IMG/VR virus record: IMGVR_UViG_3300036770_006414
Coordinates: 7,189-71,188 of that record
Strand: one strand, 5' to 3'
Length of the DNA: 64,000 bases
Source: a virus
Shown: positions 54,404 to 64,000 of the stretch, piece by piece
Position numbering within the stretch: position 1 is the first letter of the stretch
How the letters are laid out: the number at the start of each line of letters is the position of its first letter
Notes under the pieces: model-generated
Told to the model about the DNA's origin: nothing
What the model saw: the letters and a program-made list of their open reading frames with translations, nothing else
Databases searched by the model: none
Translations under genes and position numbers: made by a program

Positions 54404-56737
54404 TTACCCCCCGAGTATTTTAGCATTTATCTTCTGTGCAGCCGTCTGAGCTGGCTTCCTGTTCTTGGCTGCATACATCATACCAGTACCTAGGTTGGTG
54501 AGGTTCTGTGCCAAATTAGTGTAGAACTGATCGCGATCCTCTACGTTTGCAACATCAGCGGCCTGTCGAGCATCCATAATAACTCTGTCCCTGCTGTCAA
54601 GAAGGGAAGCACGCTGCCCCATTAATCCAGACTGGTTCGTTACGGCCTGCTGGTTGGCTACCGTCGAGGCCCGCATAGCCTGAGAACCAGAAAGCTGCTG
54701 TATACCCCTGGCGGCATTCATAGATCGAGATCCGCGAGCCTGGGCGGCAGCATCTGCCCGCTGCATGTTTATATCCTCAATAGCCTGCTGGCGACCAGCC
54801 TCAACGCCTCGCATTGCCCTGGCGTTAGCAGCAAGCCCCTGGCGGCCAAAGTCCTCATAAAAAGACTCGTTGGTTTTATCACCCAGCCTGTTTACTATCG
54901 TAGCAGCCAACGGTCCCAGCGTTGATACTGCTACTCCCAAAGGCCCCATGTTTGCTCCTACAAACTGCGATACATTGCTTATAGCGTTACCCACGCGAGT
55001 TCCAAAACGAGTGGGAGACTCTGGTCGCTGTCCCTGCATCCAAGTGGTGTTGGTAGGAACAGTGCCAGAAGTCGGGAGGGTAGAGATCAAAGGCGATCCA
55101 AGCGTTACAGGCGCACCCAAGCTGGGGTTGACTGTATTATCGCCAACCCGAGGGTCAGCAAATTGATTGTAAGTCGTTCGCTGGTTGGCTGGAGCCTGCT
55201 GGGCTGGCATCATCGTCAAGAGCTCTTCTTCCGTAAATGGCATCATGGCCGAAGATACTCCAGCCGAATAAAAAGGAACAGAACCCATGCCAGGAATGCC
55301 TATCCTGTTTTGAGGTACGGTGTATTCAAAAGGAACACCACCCACAGGATCTGGAATAGCAGCCATTGGGGTGGCCGTAGCTTGCCTGACGAGCTGTTGC
55401 TGCGGCACTCCTGGAGTCCCATTCTGATACATTGGTATCTCTCCCCCGTTCTCCCACGTTTTGCGGGCGTATACCCTAAATGCCTTGGCCCTCGGCGAAT
55501 CGCCCTGGAGGTTCTTCTTGTGGCGTGAATAGAAAGCCTCGCGACGCTTTTCGCTCTTGTGGGTTCGGTAGTCCTCCATACTAGAGTCCCCGAAATGATG
55601 CCATTTGCCATCCATATAGACGGCCATCTTCTTGCCCTTGCGGTCACTGCGCTTGGTAGCGCCGTCCCGAACAGTCCCGCCTTCAGCCATCTTATCTTCG
55701 GCCTCAATCTTGCGCTCCTGCTCAAGCATCTCCTTGGTAGGCTTCTTGCCAGAACCTCGGTTGGCCCGTATATTATCCCAGAGGCCGCGACGCGAATAAG
55801 AGCCATCGGCCCTGCGTATCATCCCGCCGCCAGCCATCTTCTTGAGCTTGCCGCCGTACATCATTGGCATATCTTCCATGGGCATCTCCTCCATGGGAGG
55901 CTCCTCCGTTGGGGGGCCTTCCATAGCCATATCTTCAGGCATAGGCCCAGCCTCCATGCCTTGGGGAGGAGCGCCCTCCATAGCAGGCTCCATCGGTGCT
56001 CCTGGAGCCTGCCCCATAGCCTCGGCCAAGCGGGCGTCGATCATCTGATTGATGACATCTTCTAATTCAATGCCCTCCACCTCGCCGCCTTCCTCCATGG
56101 TATACCCCATAACACGACCACCGTAAGCCATCGCAAAGTTGCGGGCGAAGTTTGCCTTCTTGCGCATCTTCGGGGAAAACTCATCAGGGTTGGCAAGTAT
56201 GTACTCGGCGGCCTGGCCGATGCTCATACCCATACGAGTAGCCTGGGCTTTGAAAGTTCCTTTTTTAGCAGGGTCGATTTCTATTTTGCCGCCCTTGGCG
56301 TACTTCTTTACCCTGCCACCACACTTCATCTTAGTCTTACCACCGTATCCCATCTGGTCGGGAGAGGAAAGGGCATCCATCTCACCCATAGCCATTTCGG
56401 CTTCCTTCTTTGCCTGTGCTTTCTCCATTGTATTCATATCATCGGCTTCACCAAGTGCGTAAGACCCCATAATCCTGCGCATAGCAGCCTCGGAAGGGGC
56501 ATCAAAAGGATTGTCCATGACGTTATCAACAGCCCTGCGAAGGTCGCGATCCCGCTTCTCCTTCCTCTTGGCCATTGAAACACCGTCTTTTTTTATGCGC
56601 TTTGAGTATACACGAGTCCCCACTGGCAGCTCTATGGGTATGCCACCATTCTCATGTGAAGGACCCTCGGCCATGAAGCTCTGCCCGTTGGGCATCATTA
56701 CCGCCTCATTGCCTTCTATTTCTACCTTTCGCTTCAT
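54404..56737 (-). CDS. putative virion cargo polyprotein with repeated [M/Y/W]-x-x-GG motifs
   Basis: 777 aa. N-terminal EIEGNE...GPSHENGGI, nine GG motifs separating small basic modules. Confidence 0.65.
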   Translation of the reverse strand: MKRKVEIEGNEAVMMPNGQSFMAEGPSHENGGIPIELPVGTRVYSKRIKKDGVSMAKRKEKRDRDLRRAVDNVMDNPFDAPSEAAMRRIMGSYALGEADDMNTMEKAQAKKEAEMAMGEMDALSSPDQMGYGGKTKMKCGGRVKKYAKGGKIEIDPAKKGTFKAQATRMGMSIGQAAEYILANPDEFSPKMRKKANFARNFAMAYGGRVMGYTMEEGGEVEGIELEDVINQMIDARLAEAMGQAPGAPMEPAMEGAPPQGMEAGPMPEDMAMEGPPTEEPPMEEMPMEDMPMMYGGKLKKMAGGGMIRRADGSYSRRGLWDNIRANRGSGKKPTKEMLEQERKIEAEDKMAEGGTVRDGATKRSDRKGKKMAVYMDGKWHHFGDSSMEDYRTHKSEKRREAFYSRHKKNLQGDSPRAKAFRVYARKTWENGGEIPMYQNGTPGVPQQQLVRQATATPMAAIPDPVGGVPFEYTVPQNRIGIPGMGSVPFYSAGVSSAMMPFTEEELLTMMPAQQAPANQRTTYNQFADPRVGDNTVNPSLGAPVTLGSPLISTLPTSGTVPTNTTWMQGQRPESPTRFGTRVGNAISNVSQFVGANMGPLGVAVSTLGPLAATIVNRLGDKTNESFYEDFGRQGLAANARAMRGVEAGRQQAIEDINMQRADAAAQARGSRSMNAARGIQQLSGSQAMRASTVANQQAVTNQSGLMGQRASLLDSRDRVIMDARQAADVANVEDRDQFYTNLAQNLTNLGTGMMYAAKNRKPAQTAAQKINAKILGG

Positions 56738-59700
56738 CGAGAACCTGAAAGATTAAGCTGGCAAGTCTCACCTTGGGATGGGGGGTAAAAAACAGGCGCA
56801 CCTGTACGTAGTTATCGGTAAACGGCTGTCTTTCAAACCAGTCCTTGCCAGTGAAGGCCAGCGGGTTTAGTAATTTGTTGTTTCTCCTCAGATCAACGCA
56901 TTCCTCGATAAATACTGGAGTCTCGTAATTGCCGACTTCATCTCGGAAGCCGTTTATATAAAAAGACTCTTCGTAAGTGTCCAGAAGATACGATTGCAAT
57001 GCCGTGTTTTGCAAATAGAACTCCCCCTCCAGGTTGTTCTTGCTCAGCAGAACACGCTCCGTAGTAGCCTGGTAGGAGTTGTATACAACAGCCCTATCAA
57101 AGGTTTTCCAACGGTCCTGCCTTCCATCAACGGTGGCATAAGTAATAAAGGAAACACTATCTATTCCCTTGGTCTTAAACACCTGCTCGAGAGCGTGGGC
57201 GTACTCGACACCGTAATATACGCAATAATCTCCTGAGTTATGACGGTAAAGGTGATTATTGTTAACAGCCATTAGTAACTTTCTGCCACCAAGGTATATC
57301 TGAGGGGTGTAGGAATGGTATCCTACCCATCCGTCCTGAAGGGAAAGGGATACAGTAAACGACCTGTCGCAGAAGTACTGGCTAGAGTCAAGGCTTATAT
57401 CTAACGGCCCGAACCCCTGAATAACAACGTAAAAACCAGAAGTTTGCGAATCGTAGTAGATTCTATCCAGCTCTGTTCCCGTCTTGCCATCAGTAACACC
57501 CCCAAGCGGAATCAGGGGATCGTAATCTTTATGTGTAAATATTACACGCTGATACTCATCATCGTATACAGTCTGCGTGCCAAGCCTGTAACTAGACCTT
57601 ATGCCAAGCCTCTCAGCCAGTGTTGTCCCCATGATACGCCTAAGCTCACTCTCGATCCCAAGAACTGGCTCAGCCTGCTTGGCTACCGAGTAAACCCTGC
57701 CAAACAAACTATCAACAAGGATAACCCCCGATGGAGTGCTCACAGTTGCCCACTTTTCAATCCTTCCGACCCTCTCAATAACAACCCTTGGCGGCAGGGC
57801 AAAAAACTCGCCTGAGCCAAGATATGAAACAATCCCCGCATCACTGACTCGCTCCTGGACATTACTGGGCAGATACCAAACCGAGTCGGATGTCATCACC
57901 AACAGTTCCTCGCCCATCCGATGTATGTCGGTTATCTGCCCAGTATTGCCTTCGATATCTCTATAGTTGTTAGCAAGGAACACCCTGAAGTTATCAGCAT
58001 CCTCCTCCTGGAAACTCTGCTGCGAATACACAATCCTAAAAGGACTTCGGCCCATACACGAGTCACAACAATCATACAGCGGAGGTAAGGGAAAGTACTC
58101 CTTTATCCTATACGTAACAGACATGTCGTCATTGAAGTCGTAAACATACTCCCCCAATTCCCTCAAGACCCTTTCTCCTTCATCGTTCAAATTGAGGGCA
58201 TAGTCCCTAACAAAAGACTCCCCCTCGGCAATACTAAACTGAGGTAAATCCAATACCCCCATACTAGCCTCAAAGTAATCGTCGGTCCTGTAATTAAGAG
58301 AAGTATTGAATCGGGACTCGAAGTACACAAAGCTTAGTAGAGTTCCCTTCCAAGTAACCCTGTTGATAGCATTAAACAAGTTCCTTCGGGTATCTACATC
58401 GGCAACATTAAAAACACTGACCGCCGATATAAATGTATCTCCCCCGTAAGCATCAAGAGAAGGCTGAGACACAAACGGGCTTATCCTAACATAGGACAAA
58501 TCACTCAGGGAAGGATACGGATCAACAGAACTCTTCATGGCCGCGTATACCATGGAAAAAGTCTGATTATTAGATGTCATCCCAGTACCGAAATAAGAAA
58601 TATCGATCGGATGATTGAGCCTGCTTACCTCATAAGAGATTGTATTAGAGTAGTTCTTGTACCTCTGAGCACCGACGTTCAACTCTATCCTTGGGTCTAG
58701 CCTAAAGTTATCGACAAGACCAAAGTTCCTGTATGGAATAGAAGAGAAGTCATTATCTGTTCTGGCGTAATAAAAATCAGTAACAAAGTCTGGAGTTGTA
58801 CCATACGCAATAACGTCCTCAATTGTTTGCTGTGAACGACCGCCCTCGTGTCGGGCCAATTGATACTGAGTTATGTACTCGTACGACAGCGGCAAATTAA
58901 ACAGGGTTTTAGGCGTTAAGCTGTATATGCCCTGACTAACAGATAAAGAAGATCCATATAACTCCTGAGTGTAATACAAAAGATCTCCAACAGAAAGCTC
59001 TGCGCCCCCAGATACCGTTGGGTTTGTGTACGTCGGGAGGAGATAGGCCGTATCAACAACCGTCGGATTAGATATCTTCGCCCGCACGAAAAAATGACCA
59101 ACAATATCTGGATCAGGATAGGCTACGTTGTCGAAATTTACCCCCAACACATAAGCCTCATCGTAATTCACATGAGGGATAATATCCCTGGAAGGAAACC
59201 TATGGCCGCGTATCGGCTGCCCCGCAAGGCTACCCCATACCAAATTGCCGTCGCAGTCGGTGTCCATTGGGTATAGATCGCTTCCCTGCCAATACCCAAA
59301 CCGATCAACAGTACCACTATTGCGAACTCTCCAGGAGTCGACCGTATCTCCCTCCTCAAGACCTAAATGAGAAACCTCGTAGGCCGATATCTGCTGAGGA
59401 GTATTAGCTTCCGTCACCACGTTAAGTACCGTATCCTCGGCAACCTTGCCGCGCCCAGGAATATGAAACACAGGGCTTTGAGATCCATCCTCGAAAACAT
59501 AAACAATGCCAAACATGTAGACCTCGTCACCCATGTATCCAGCCCTGGACTGATCATAGTGCCTGGCGTTACCATCGGCAAGTATAACCGTAGGAACCGT
59601 TCTCACCACTGGCTTTGTCACAATCTGGTTGGCGAAGCCTTGATAGGCGCAGTACTTCCTCTCGGACTCTGTAATATTGGCAAGGATAAGCCTGTTTTCC

Positions 59701-60569
59701 AGCTGATCAATATGGGTAGCCCTTGCGATCATTGCACGGTCAACAAACACATCCTCAATAGCCCCTGGAGTCCAGGATGAAAAGTTGCCATCGATAATAG
59801 TAACTCCATCAACAGGCGTGGGCCTAGATAGGTAAACCAAATCTATACTCCCCGACGAGGAGGTACTTGCTGCCAAAGCAATCTGGTAAAGAGGCTTTTC
59901 GTTACTCTGTACCGATACCCTTATACTCTTGTTAGAAGATCCTATGTTGTCGGCAGGCCTGCTGGCTGGATTATACTCCCCATTGGCTGTGGTAAAGTTG
60001 CTGCCAGAGTAAATAACGTATGGGCCAGCAAAGAAGGACCAATTCGATGGATTCTGATTTGAATCCATATACCTAATAGCAAGCTGATAAGACCCCTGGG
60101 TAAGCGAGCCGCCAGCGACAACCGTAGCCAAGGCCTCGATGGGCTGGTCGGATGGGATGAGCATGTCGCATTTAGGATCCTCGAGATTGATAACCCTCGG
60201 AGGGTTGTACCCATCGGTATAATAAATAATGCGATCACATCCTCGGACCCTGAAGGTCGCATCCACTGGGTGGGTTGGACTGAAGTTAAGGCAATCGTCC
60301 CTGAGTACCCTCTGATAGGAACAATCCTTTACAACTCCAATCTCGTTCGATGCCAGAAAAACCACAAACTCGTTCTCGCTAATATAAAGGCCACCAATTG
60401 GCTCTCCGCCAAGATCAATGTTACATGGGACAGTTCCCCGCTCGTTAATAACAAGCGACCTGTCGCCCCCATCCATTTCCCTGACGGCATTTAAAGCGTA
60501 CCTATAAGAATTTTCTGGCTGTTCCATGGGATGAACATCAGTCACCCAGCCCTTGGGAGCATTTACCAT
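56706..60569 (-). CDS. tail stabilization protein (P22 gp10-like, crAss-like)
   Basis: 1287 aa. KGWVTD...QPENSYRYALNA and IYYTDGYNPPRVIN are typical of this crAss-like family; follows the tail tubular gene. Confidence 0.8.
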   Translation of the reverse strand: MVNAPKGWVTDVHPMEQPENSYRYALNAVREMDGGDRSLVINERGTVPCNIDLGGEPIGGLYISENEFVVFLASNEIGVVKDCSYQRVLRDDCLNFSPTHPVDATFRVRGCDRIIYYTDGYNPPRVINLEDPKCDMLIPSDQPIEALATVVAGGSLTQGSYQLAIRYMDSNQNPSNWSFFAGPYVIYSGSNFTTANGEYNPASRPADNIGSSNKSIRVSVQSNEKPLYQIALAASTSSSGSIDLVYLSRPTPVDGVTIIDGNFSSWTPGAIEDVFVDRAMIARATHIDQLENRLILANITESERKYCAYQGFANQIVTKPVVRTVPTVILADGNARHYDQSRAGYMGDEVYMFGIVYVFEDGSQSPVFHIPGRGKVAEDTVLNVVTEANTPQQISAYEVSHLGLEEGDTVDSWRVRNSGTVDRFGYWQGSDLYPMDTDCDGNLVWGSLAGQPIRGHRFPSRDIIPHVNYDEAYVLGVNFDNVAYPDPDIVGHFFVRAKISNPTVVDTAYLLPTYTNPTVSGGAELSVGDLLYYTQELYGSSLSVSQGIYSLTPKTLFNLPLSYEYITQYQLARHEGGRSQQTIEDVIAYGTTPDFVTDFYYARTDNDFSSIPYRNFGLVDNFRLDPRIELNVGAQRYKNYSNTISYEVSRLNHPIDISYFGTGMTSNNQTFSMVYAAMKSSVDPYPSLSDLSYVRISPFVSQPSLDAYGGDTFISAVSVFNVADVDTRRNLFNAINRVTWKGTLLSFVYFESRFNTSLNYRTDDYFEASMGVLDLPQFSIAEGESFVRDYALNLNDEGERVLRELGEYVYDFNDDMSVTYRIKEYFPLPPLYDCCDSCMGRSPFRIVYSQQSFQEEDADNFRVFLANNYRDIEGNTGQITDIHRMGEELLVMTSDSVWYLPSNVQERVSDAGIVSYLGSGEFFALPPRVVIERVGRIEKWATVSTPSGVILVDSLFGRVYSVAKQAEPVLGIESELRRIMGTTLAERLGIRSSYRLGTQTVYDDEYQRVIFTHKDYDPLIPLGGVTDGKTGTELDRIYYDSQTSGFYVVIQGFGPLDISLDSSQYFCDRSFTVSLSLQDGWVGYHSYTPQIYLGGRKLLMAVNNNHLYRHNSGDYCVYYGVEYAHALEQVFKTKGIDSVSFITYATVDGRQDRWKTFDRAVVYNSYQATTERVLLSKNNLEGEFYLQNTALQSYLLDTYEESFYINGFRDEVGNYETPVFIEECVDLRRNNKLLNPLAFTGKDWFERQPFTDNYVQVRLFFTPHPKVRLASLIFQVLDEAKGRNRRQ

Positions 60570-61456
60570 TCCTTGTATGTTTGTCGGTAAGGCTGATTTA
60601 GCGTACCAAAATAACTTGAGAAAGAGTGTATGTTAGGCAGCTGGTGGAGACTCTGCTGTAGCTTGTTCTCCCATTCCCCAACCCCCTTGTGCATAGTCAT
60701 TTCGTTGCTCGCCTGTTTGCAATACCAGTGCCAGTCCTGCTCATACTTGGTAAGCAGATTCATAGCCACCTGGTCGCCCATATCTATCTTGCGCTGCGTT
60801 AGCTTAAGCCTAACGTAACGGGTTATCGCCTCCCTGTAAGACTCCAAGTCTGGTATCATAGGAAATCCGTCGGCATCGACCCGAGCCCTGGTGTACGATA
60901 TTGCTACGTATCCATCCTGGAAAGAGAACTGGATATAAGGGTACATTACCTTGTACTCCCCATCGTTATCTGGGTGCAAGTTGTTCTGGTTGGGAACAGG
61001 ATTTGGAAGCGATGAAAAGTAGCTGCCCGTAGCTACCCGCAAAGGAGCGTAGCATGTTGCATACCCATCGCTTCTCGACCATGCGAAATATGCATCCATC
61101 GTATAAGAAGAAGAGTACCTGCCCCAATCACATGGGTTGATGATATTCCCGTTACAATCCCTTACTATAACCTCACTCTCAGCCTCCGCAGGAACAATAG
61201 CCGATGGGCATACATAGGCAGGGTCTCCGTCGTAGCAAGTGTTTATAGCTATCTGTTTGATCGTCTTGAAGGAAGAGGGTAATAACACCCTGTAATTTTC
61301 AACCTTTACAAAAGACACGACCTCCTCCCACGAGTTTGGGGCATCAATATGCCCCAATGCCTCGCCAGCCCATTCAATAGCCTCGCTCTCCTCGAAGCTG
61401 GATCCAATATCTCGACTCAGCTTGCTGAGGACGTTGTAAATAGATATAAAATTCAT
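60563..61456 (-). CDS. tail tubular/ring protein (P22 gp4-like, crAss-like)
   Basis: IEW.GEAL..I, SF.DG...ISY....D.DGFP.IPD..SY.EAI..Y, W.WYC.QA. Confidence 0.7.
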   Translation of the reverse strand: MNFISIYNVLSKLSRDIGSSFEESEAIEWAGEALGHIDAPNSWEEVVSFVKVENYRVLLPSSFKTIKQIAINTCYDGDPAYVCPSAIVPAEAESEVIVRDCNGNIINPCDWGRYSSSYTMDAYFAWSRSDGYATCYAPLRVATGSYFSSLPNPVPNQNNLHPDNDGEYKVMYPYIQFSFQDGYVAISYTRARVDADGFPMIPDLESYREAITRYVRLKLTQRKIDMGDQVAMNLLTKYEQDWHWYCKQASNEMTMHKGVGEWENKLQQSLHQLPNIHSFSSYFGTLNQPYRQTYKEW

Positions 61457-61887
61457 AAGTACTCAGCTTGGTTTTCATCAATCTCCTTGTGTAGCTTTTG
61501 CCTCCAGGCCTCGCAGGCCCGAAGCCTGTACATGCGCTTTGGAAAGAATCTATTAAGCCTTCCGCGGGACCAGATGAAAGTATATATCAAATTTTCATCA
61601 AGGTAGTAGACAAGTTGCTTCTTTTCCCTGAGGTCAGGATAATCCTTCCACATCTTGTTGGTAGCACCCCAGTCTACAAACCTTTTATGCCTGGCAGAAG
61701 ATCCTATGTAGATAGATCCAAGGTTGCCCATCTGGAACTTCTCCCCCTTGGCGAGCCTCTCTATAACCTTGGCAAAGAAAAGCTCGTATATCTTCATAAA
61801 GTTCTTGCGCGACATGGGCACATTACCCTTGCCTTTCATTCGGTACATTACCTGGTACGCTGTCGTCTTTTTGGTTGTTTGCGCCAT
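61453..61887 (-). CDS. HU/IHF-like protein (crAss-like)
   Basis: LAKGEKFQMGNLGSIYI...VDWGAT; position next to the tail tubular gene. Confidence 0.6.
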   Translation of the reverse strand: MAQTTKKTTAYQVMYRMKGKGNVPMSRKNFMKIYELFFAKVIERLAKGEKFQMGNLGSIYIGSSARHKRFVDWGATNKMWKDYPDLREKKQLVYYLDENLIYTFIWSRGRLNRFFPKRMYRLRACEAWRQKLHKEIDENQAEYL

Positions 61888-62527
61888 CGTTCTGTGTATT
61901 TAATGTGAAAAGCTGTCGGATAGCCAATTCCTTAACGGCATCGAAAAGCTTACGATCCAAGTTAAACTCCCTATCCATGGGATTGCAACCGCCACCAGGG
62001 ACTGGAGAATCCCCGCATATAGAGCAACCAGTATCCGAAGGGTCCTCAGCCATGAGCCTGATTGTAATCATCTTCAGGCGCTCTGGGACATTGATTAGAT
62101 ACAAATATCGGTTTCTTATATAGTACAAAGGCTGTTTAGATGTATACCTATTGTGACCTATGTACTTAACCTGGCCGAAATCGATGCGAGAGAAGCGGAT
62201 TGACCCGTCGTATGTAGTGACATCCTGGATCAATCCGTCTCCCTCGCCCAAGGGTATAGGAATTTGACACTCCGTCCTTAAATTGTAACACCCAGCAATT
62301 GGAACACATGGACAATCACTCATCGAGGCATCAACAATCGGAACGCATGGAAGCGTCGTATAATTCTGATCGTTAGCCATACGAGTAAGGCCACGCTTGT
62401 GAAGTACAACCGCACGAGCGTTCAGAAGTGCCGCATATACCCGCCTGTTACGAAGTCTGGAGTCATCCGTAGGAACACCCCGAGAATAGTCATGCGTAAT
62501 TAGTTGAATTGCCTCCCGTATTGTCAT
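61823..62527 (-). CDS. conserved crAss-like structural (ring) protein
   Basis: DDSRL.NR, LPCVPI, Y....RYT...P.YYI.N.YLY. Confidence 0.6.
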   Translation of the reverse strand: MTIREAIQLITHDYSRGVPTDDSRLRNRRVYAALLNARAVVLHKRGLTRMANDQNYTTLPCVPIVDASMSDCPCVPIAGCYNLRTECQIPIPLGEGDGLIQDVTTYDGSIRFSRIDFGQVKYIGHNRYTSKQPLYYIRNRYLYLINVPERLKMITIRLMAEDPSDTGCSICGDSPVPGGGCNPMDREFNLDRKLFDAVKELAIRQLFTLNTQNDGANNQKDDSVPGNVPNERQG

Positions 62528-62895
62528 TAGTCCTTCTTGCTACTTTTGATGATAATAGTTACGATGGAAAACAAAGCACTTGCAGCCATAACCCAGTTGC
62601 CGCTCTCTACTGCCGACTTCAGCTTATCGACATCTCCTGTAATAAGCGGAAAGAACTCTACCAAGCTCGCAATGATAGCGACCAGGTAGGGGATGTAATT
62701 AATCTCTTTTAGGCGCTCAAGCGTCGGCAGTTTAGCCTGCTTGATCTCGATTCGGGCAACACCTACGAAGCCTACTAAGCCAGCTACCATAGCCCAGCTT
62801 TGAGATACAAAGTCCGTCGAGAGGGAAAAGATCGTCCCCAGGACAAGTACAATTTGCAGCGCAAAGTTGCTGCTCAACAATTTACTCTTGTTCAT
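62527..62895 (-). CDS. multi-pass membrane protein (holin candidate)
   Basis: 122 aa with 3-4 hydrophobic segments and a basic C-terminus. Confidence 0.5.
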   Translation of the reverse strand: MNKSKLLSSNFALQIVLVLGTIFSLSTDFVSQSWAMVAGLVGFVGVARIEIKQAKLPTLERLKEINYIPYLVAIIASLVEFFPLITGDVDKLKSAVESGNWVMAASALFSIVTIIIKSSKKD

Positions 62896-63002
62896 TACCA
62901 GTTTTTTGTGCCTTATGGCGTGTTAACAAAATAGCCGCGCAAAGCTTTAGCTTGGCAAGCTTTATCATTATCTCTCGGAGTTTACACTCCATGATTGCAT
63001 AC

Positions 63003-63314
63003 TTATCCATGAGCGAGCGCATTGCGGAGGCGCTCGATCTCTAGCCGCAACTCGCCAATCTCTCTGAGTAGCCGCTCGTTCTCTGATCGCAATTCCAGAT
63101 TTTCCTTTCGGCTGGCTGCAATATCTTCGTGCAGATTCTCTACCTCTTTACTCAGTTTCCTTAAGTCTGCCACGTACTCCTGCACCAGCTTGCTGACATC
63201 TTGGTATTCAGTGGAAGCCAGCTTAGCCTTCTCTGTATTGTTACGCTGTTGGAAAAGCATAGCCCCAGCCCCGAGAGCCAGAATAGCAGGAATCCACTCA
63301 AACAATTTTTCCAT
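63003..63314 (-). CDS. membrane-anchored coiled-coil protein
   Basis: N-terminal TM segment and a long heptad repeat. Confidence 0.55.
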   Translation of the reverse strand: MEKLFEWIPAILALGAGAMLFQQRNNTEKAKLASTEYQDVSKLVQEYVADLRKLSKEVENLHEDIAASRKENLELRSENERLLREIGELRLEIERLRNALAHG

Positions 63315-63783
63315 TTCTTATTATTGGCATTAGGCTTTTGCCTAACATTTGTTCTTCATCAAGTATGTGGCTTAACTCGGTTTTTAAGGGTTTTGCGCCA
63401 TAGATGTGAAAATCTACATCTGATAGCTTGCCTCTTTTAATCAAGTGCCTCTTGTAGACTACATCCATATCATTCATACAGTATCCCCCATCTGCAAAAG
63501 AGCCTGTCAGATCAGCATCTTGAACCCCTAGACTGATTAGCTCATCAATTGCTGGTTGTAGTCTGGTTTTTACGTCAGGAGGGAAAAGGGCAAAGCTGTC
63601 GACCTTCCTTCCTCTTGACCACTCATGATACTTGTCCCAGTCCTCTTTCGTAGGGCCCTGTATATATTCATGCTTAACAACAGGCTGCGCAAGCATGATC
63701 TCATACCACTTCTCCCGATCTTCGCTATATGGCAGAGGATGGTCGGGGTATCTCTCTTTGAATTTCCCGAATGTTATGGACAT
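63298..63783 (-). CDS. hypothetical protein, possible minimal nucleotidyltransferase fold
   Basis: LTGSFADG...SDVDF matches the hG[GS]...DxD signature. Confidence 0.4.
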   Translation of the reverse strand: MSITFGKFKERYPDHPLPYSEDREKWYEIMLAQPVVKHEYIQGPTKEDWDKYHEWSRGRKVDSFALFPPDVKTRLQPAIDELISLGVQDADLTGSFADGGYCMNDMDVVYKRHLIKRGKLSDVDFHIYGAKPLKTELSHILDEEQMLGKSLMPIIRNGKIV

Positions 63784-63998
63784 AGATCATCACTTCCTAT
63801 TGGTACAACATTATTAGAACCTTCTCCACTGTTCCCTCCGCACGAATAATTAGGAAAGGCATTGGTTCCGATTAACCCTCCAGAGACAGTCACAACGCCA
63901 TTCGCACAGGCGAATGTAGTTAGAGATGCTGGCGACGGAATCGCGAAAGCATCTGGTCCAGTGCTAACCACGAATGACCAGTCAACACAAGTAGGTAC
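63774..63998 (-). CDS. C-terminal fragment of an upstream (structural?) gene
   Basis: Frame is open to the window edge: VPTCVDWSFVVSTGPDAFAIPSP...DDLCP. Confidence 0.55.
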   Translation of the reverse strand, partial: VPTCVDWSFVVSTGPDAFAIPSPASLTTFACANGVVTVSGGLIGTNAFPNYSCGGNSGEGSNNVVPIGSDDLCP

Positions 63999-64000
63999 TT

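Noticed and set aside
42552-60494. Numerous plus-strand and alternative-frame ORFs within the large minus-strand genes, and antisense ORFs across 8-42 kb
   Set aside because: Shadow ORFs fully overlapping well-supported genes, with no motifs.
1-64000. Stop-codon reassignment (TAG or TGA) as in some crAss-like phages
   Set aside because: Long genes (3481, 1287, 679 aa) are uninterrupted in the standard code, and TAG/TGA end genes at sensible coupled junctions.

Overview
This window is a 64-kb segment of a Crassvirales-like (crAss-like) Bacteroidota phage genome in the standard genetic code. Two minus-strand morphogenesis arms (1-5924: portal N-terminus, terminase, small late genes; 42494-64000: 3481-aa polyvalent virion protein, putative ejected/cargo proteins, tail stabilization and tubular proteins, HU/IHF-like, holin-like genes) flank one complete plus-strand arm (6015-42454). 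That arm encodes a beta sliding clamp, a glucosaminidase, four tandem paralogous DNA methyltransferases, ThyX, a MazG-like protein, a long run of small accessory genes and a replication module (PD-(D/E)XK nucleases, dCMP deaminase, DnaB-like helicase, SSB-like protein, primase, dNMP kinase, RuvC-like resolvase, SF2 helicase, amidase). I recognised no DNA polymerase or RNA polymerase. The most striking unexplained signal is a start-codon-linked structured-RNA system. Six intergenic copies of a minimal tRNA-elbow mimic (closing stem + GG linker + perfect T-arm, with compensatory changes) and seven copies of a GTCYGGAGG...CCTCCRGAC hairpin each end 14-17 nt before the next start codon. Also notable: a ~60-aa 'RPW..YRAxD..G..YY..P..W..SLQ' domain expanded to 12 copies in 11 genes, pervasive tandem gene duplication, and an iteron/skew-switch region at 23.35-23.99 kb. 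All product calls rest on motif recognition by eye; no database searches were run.
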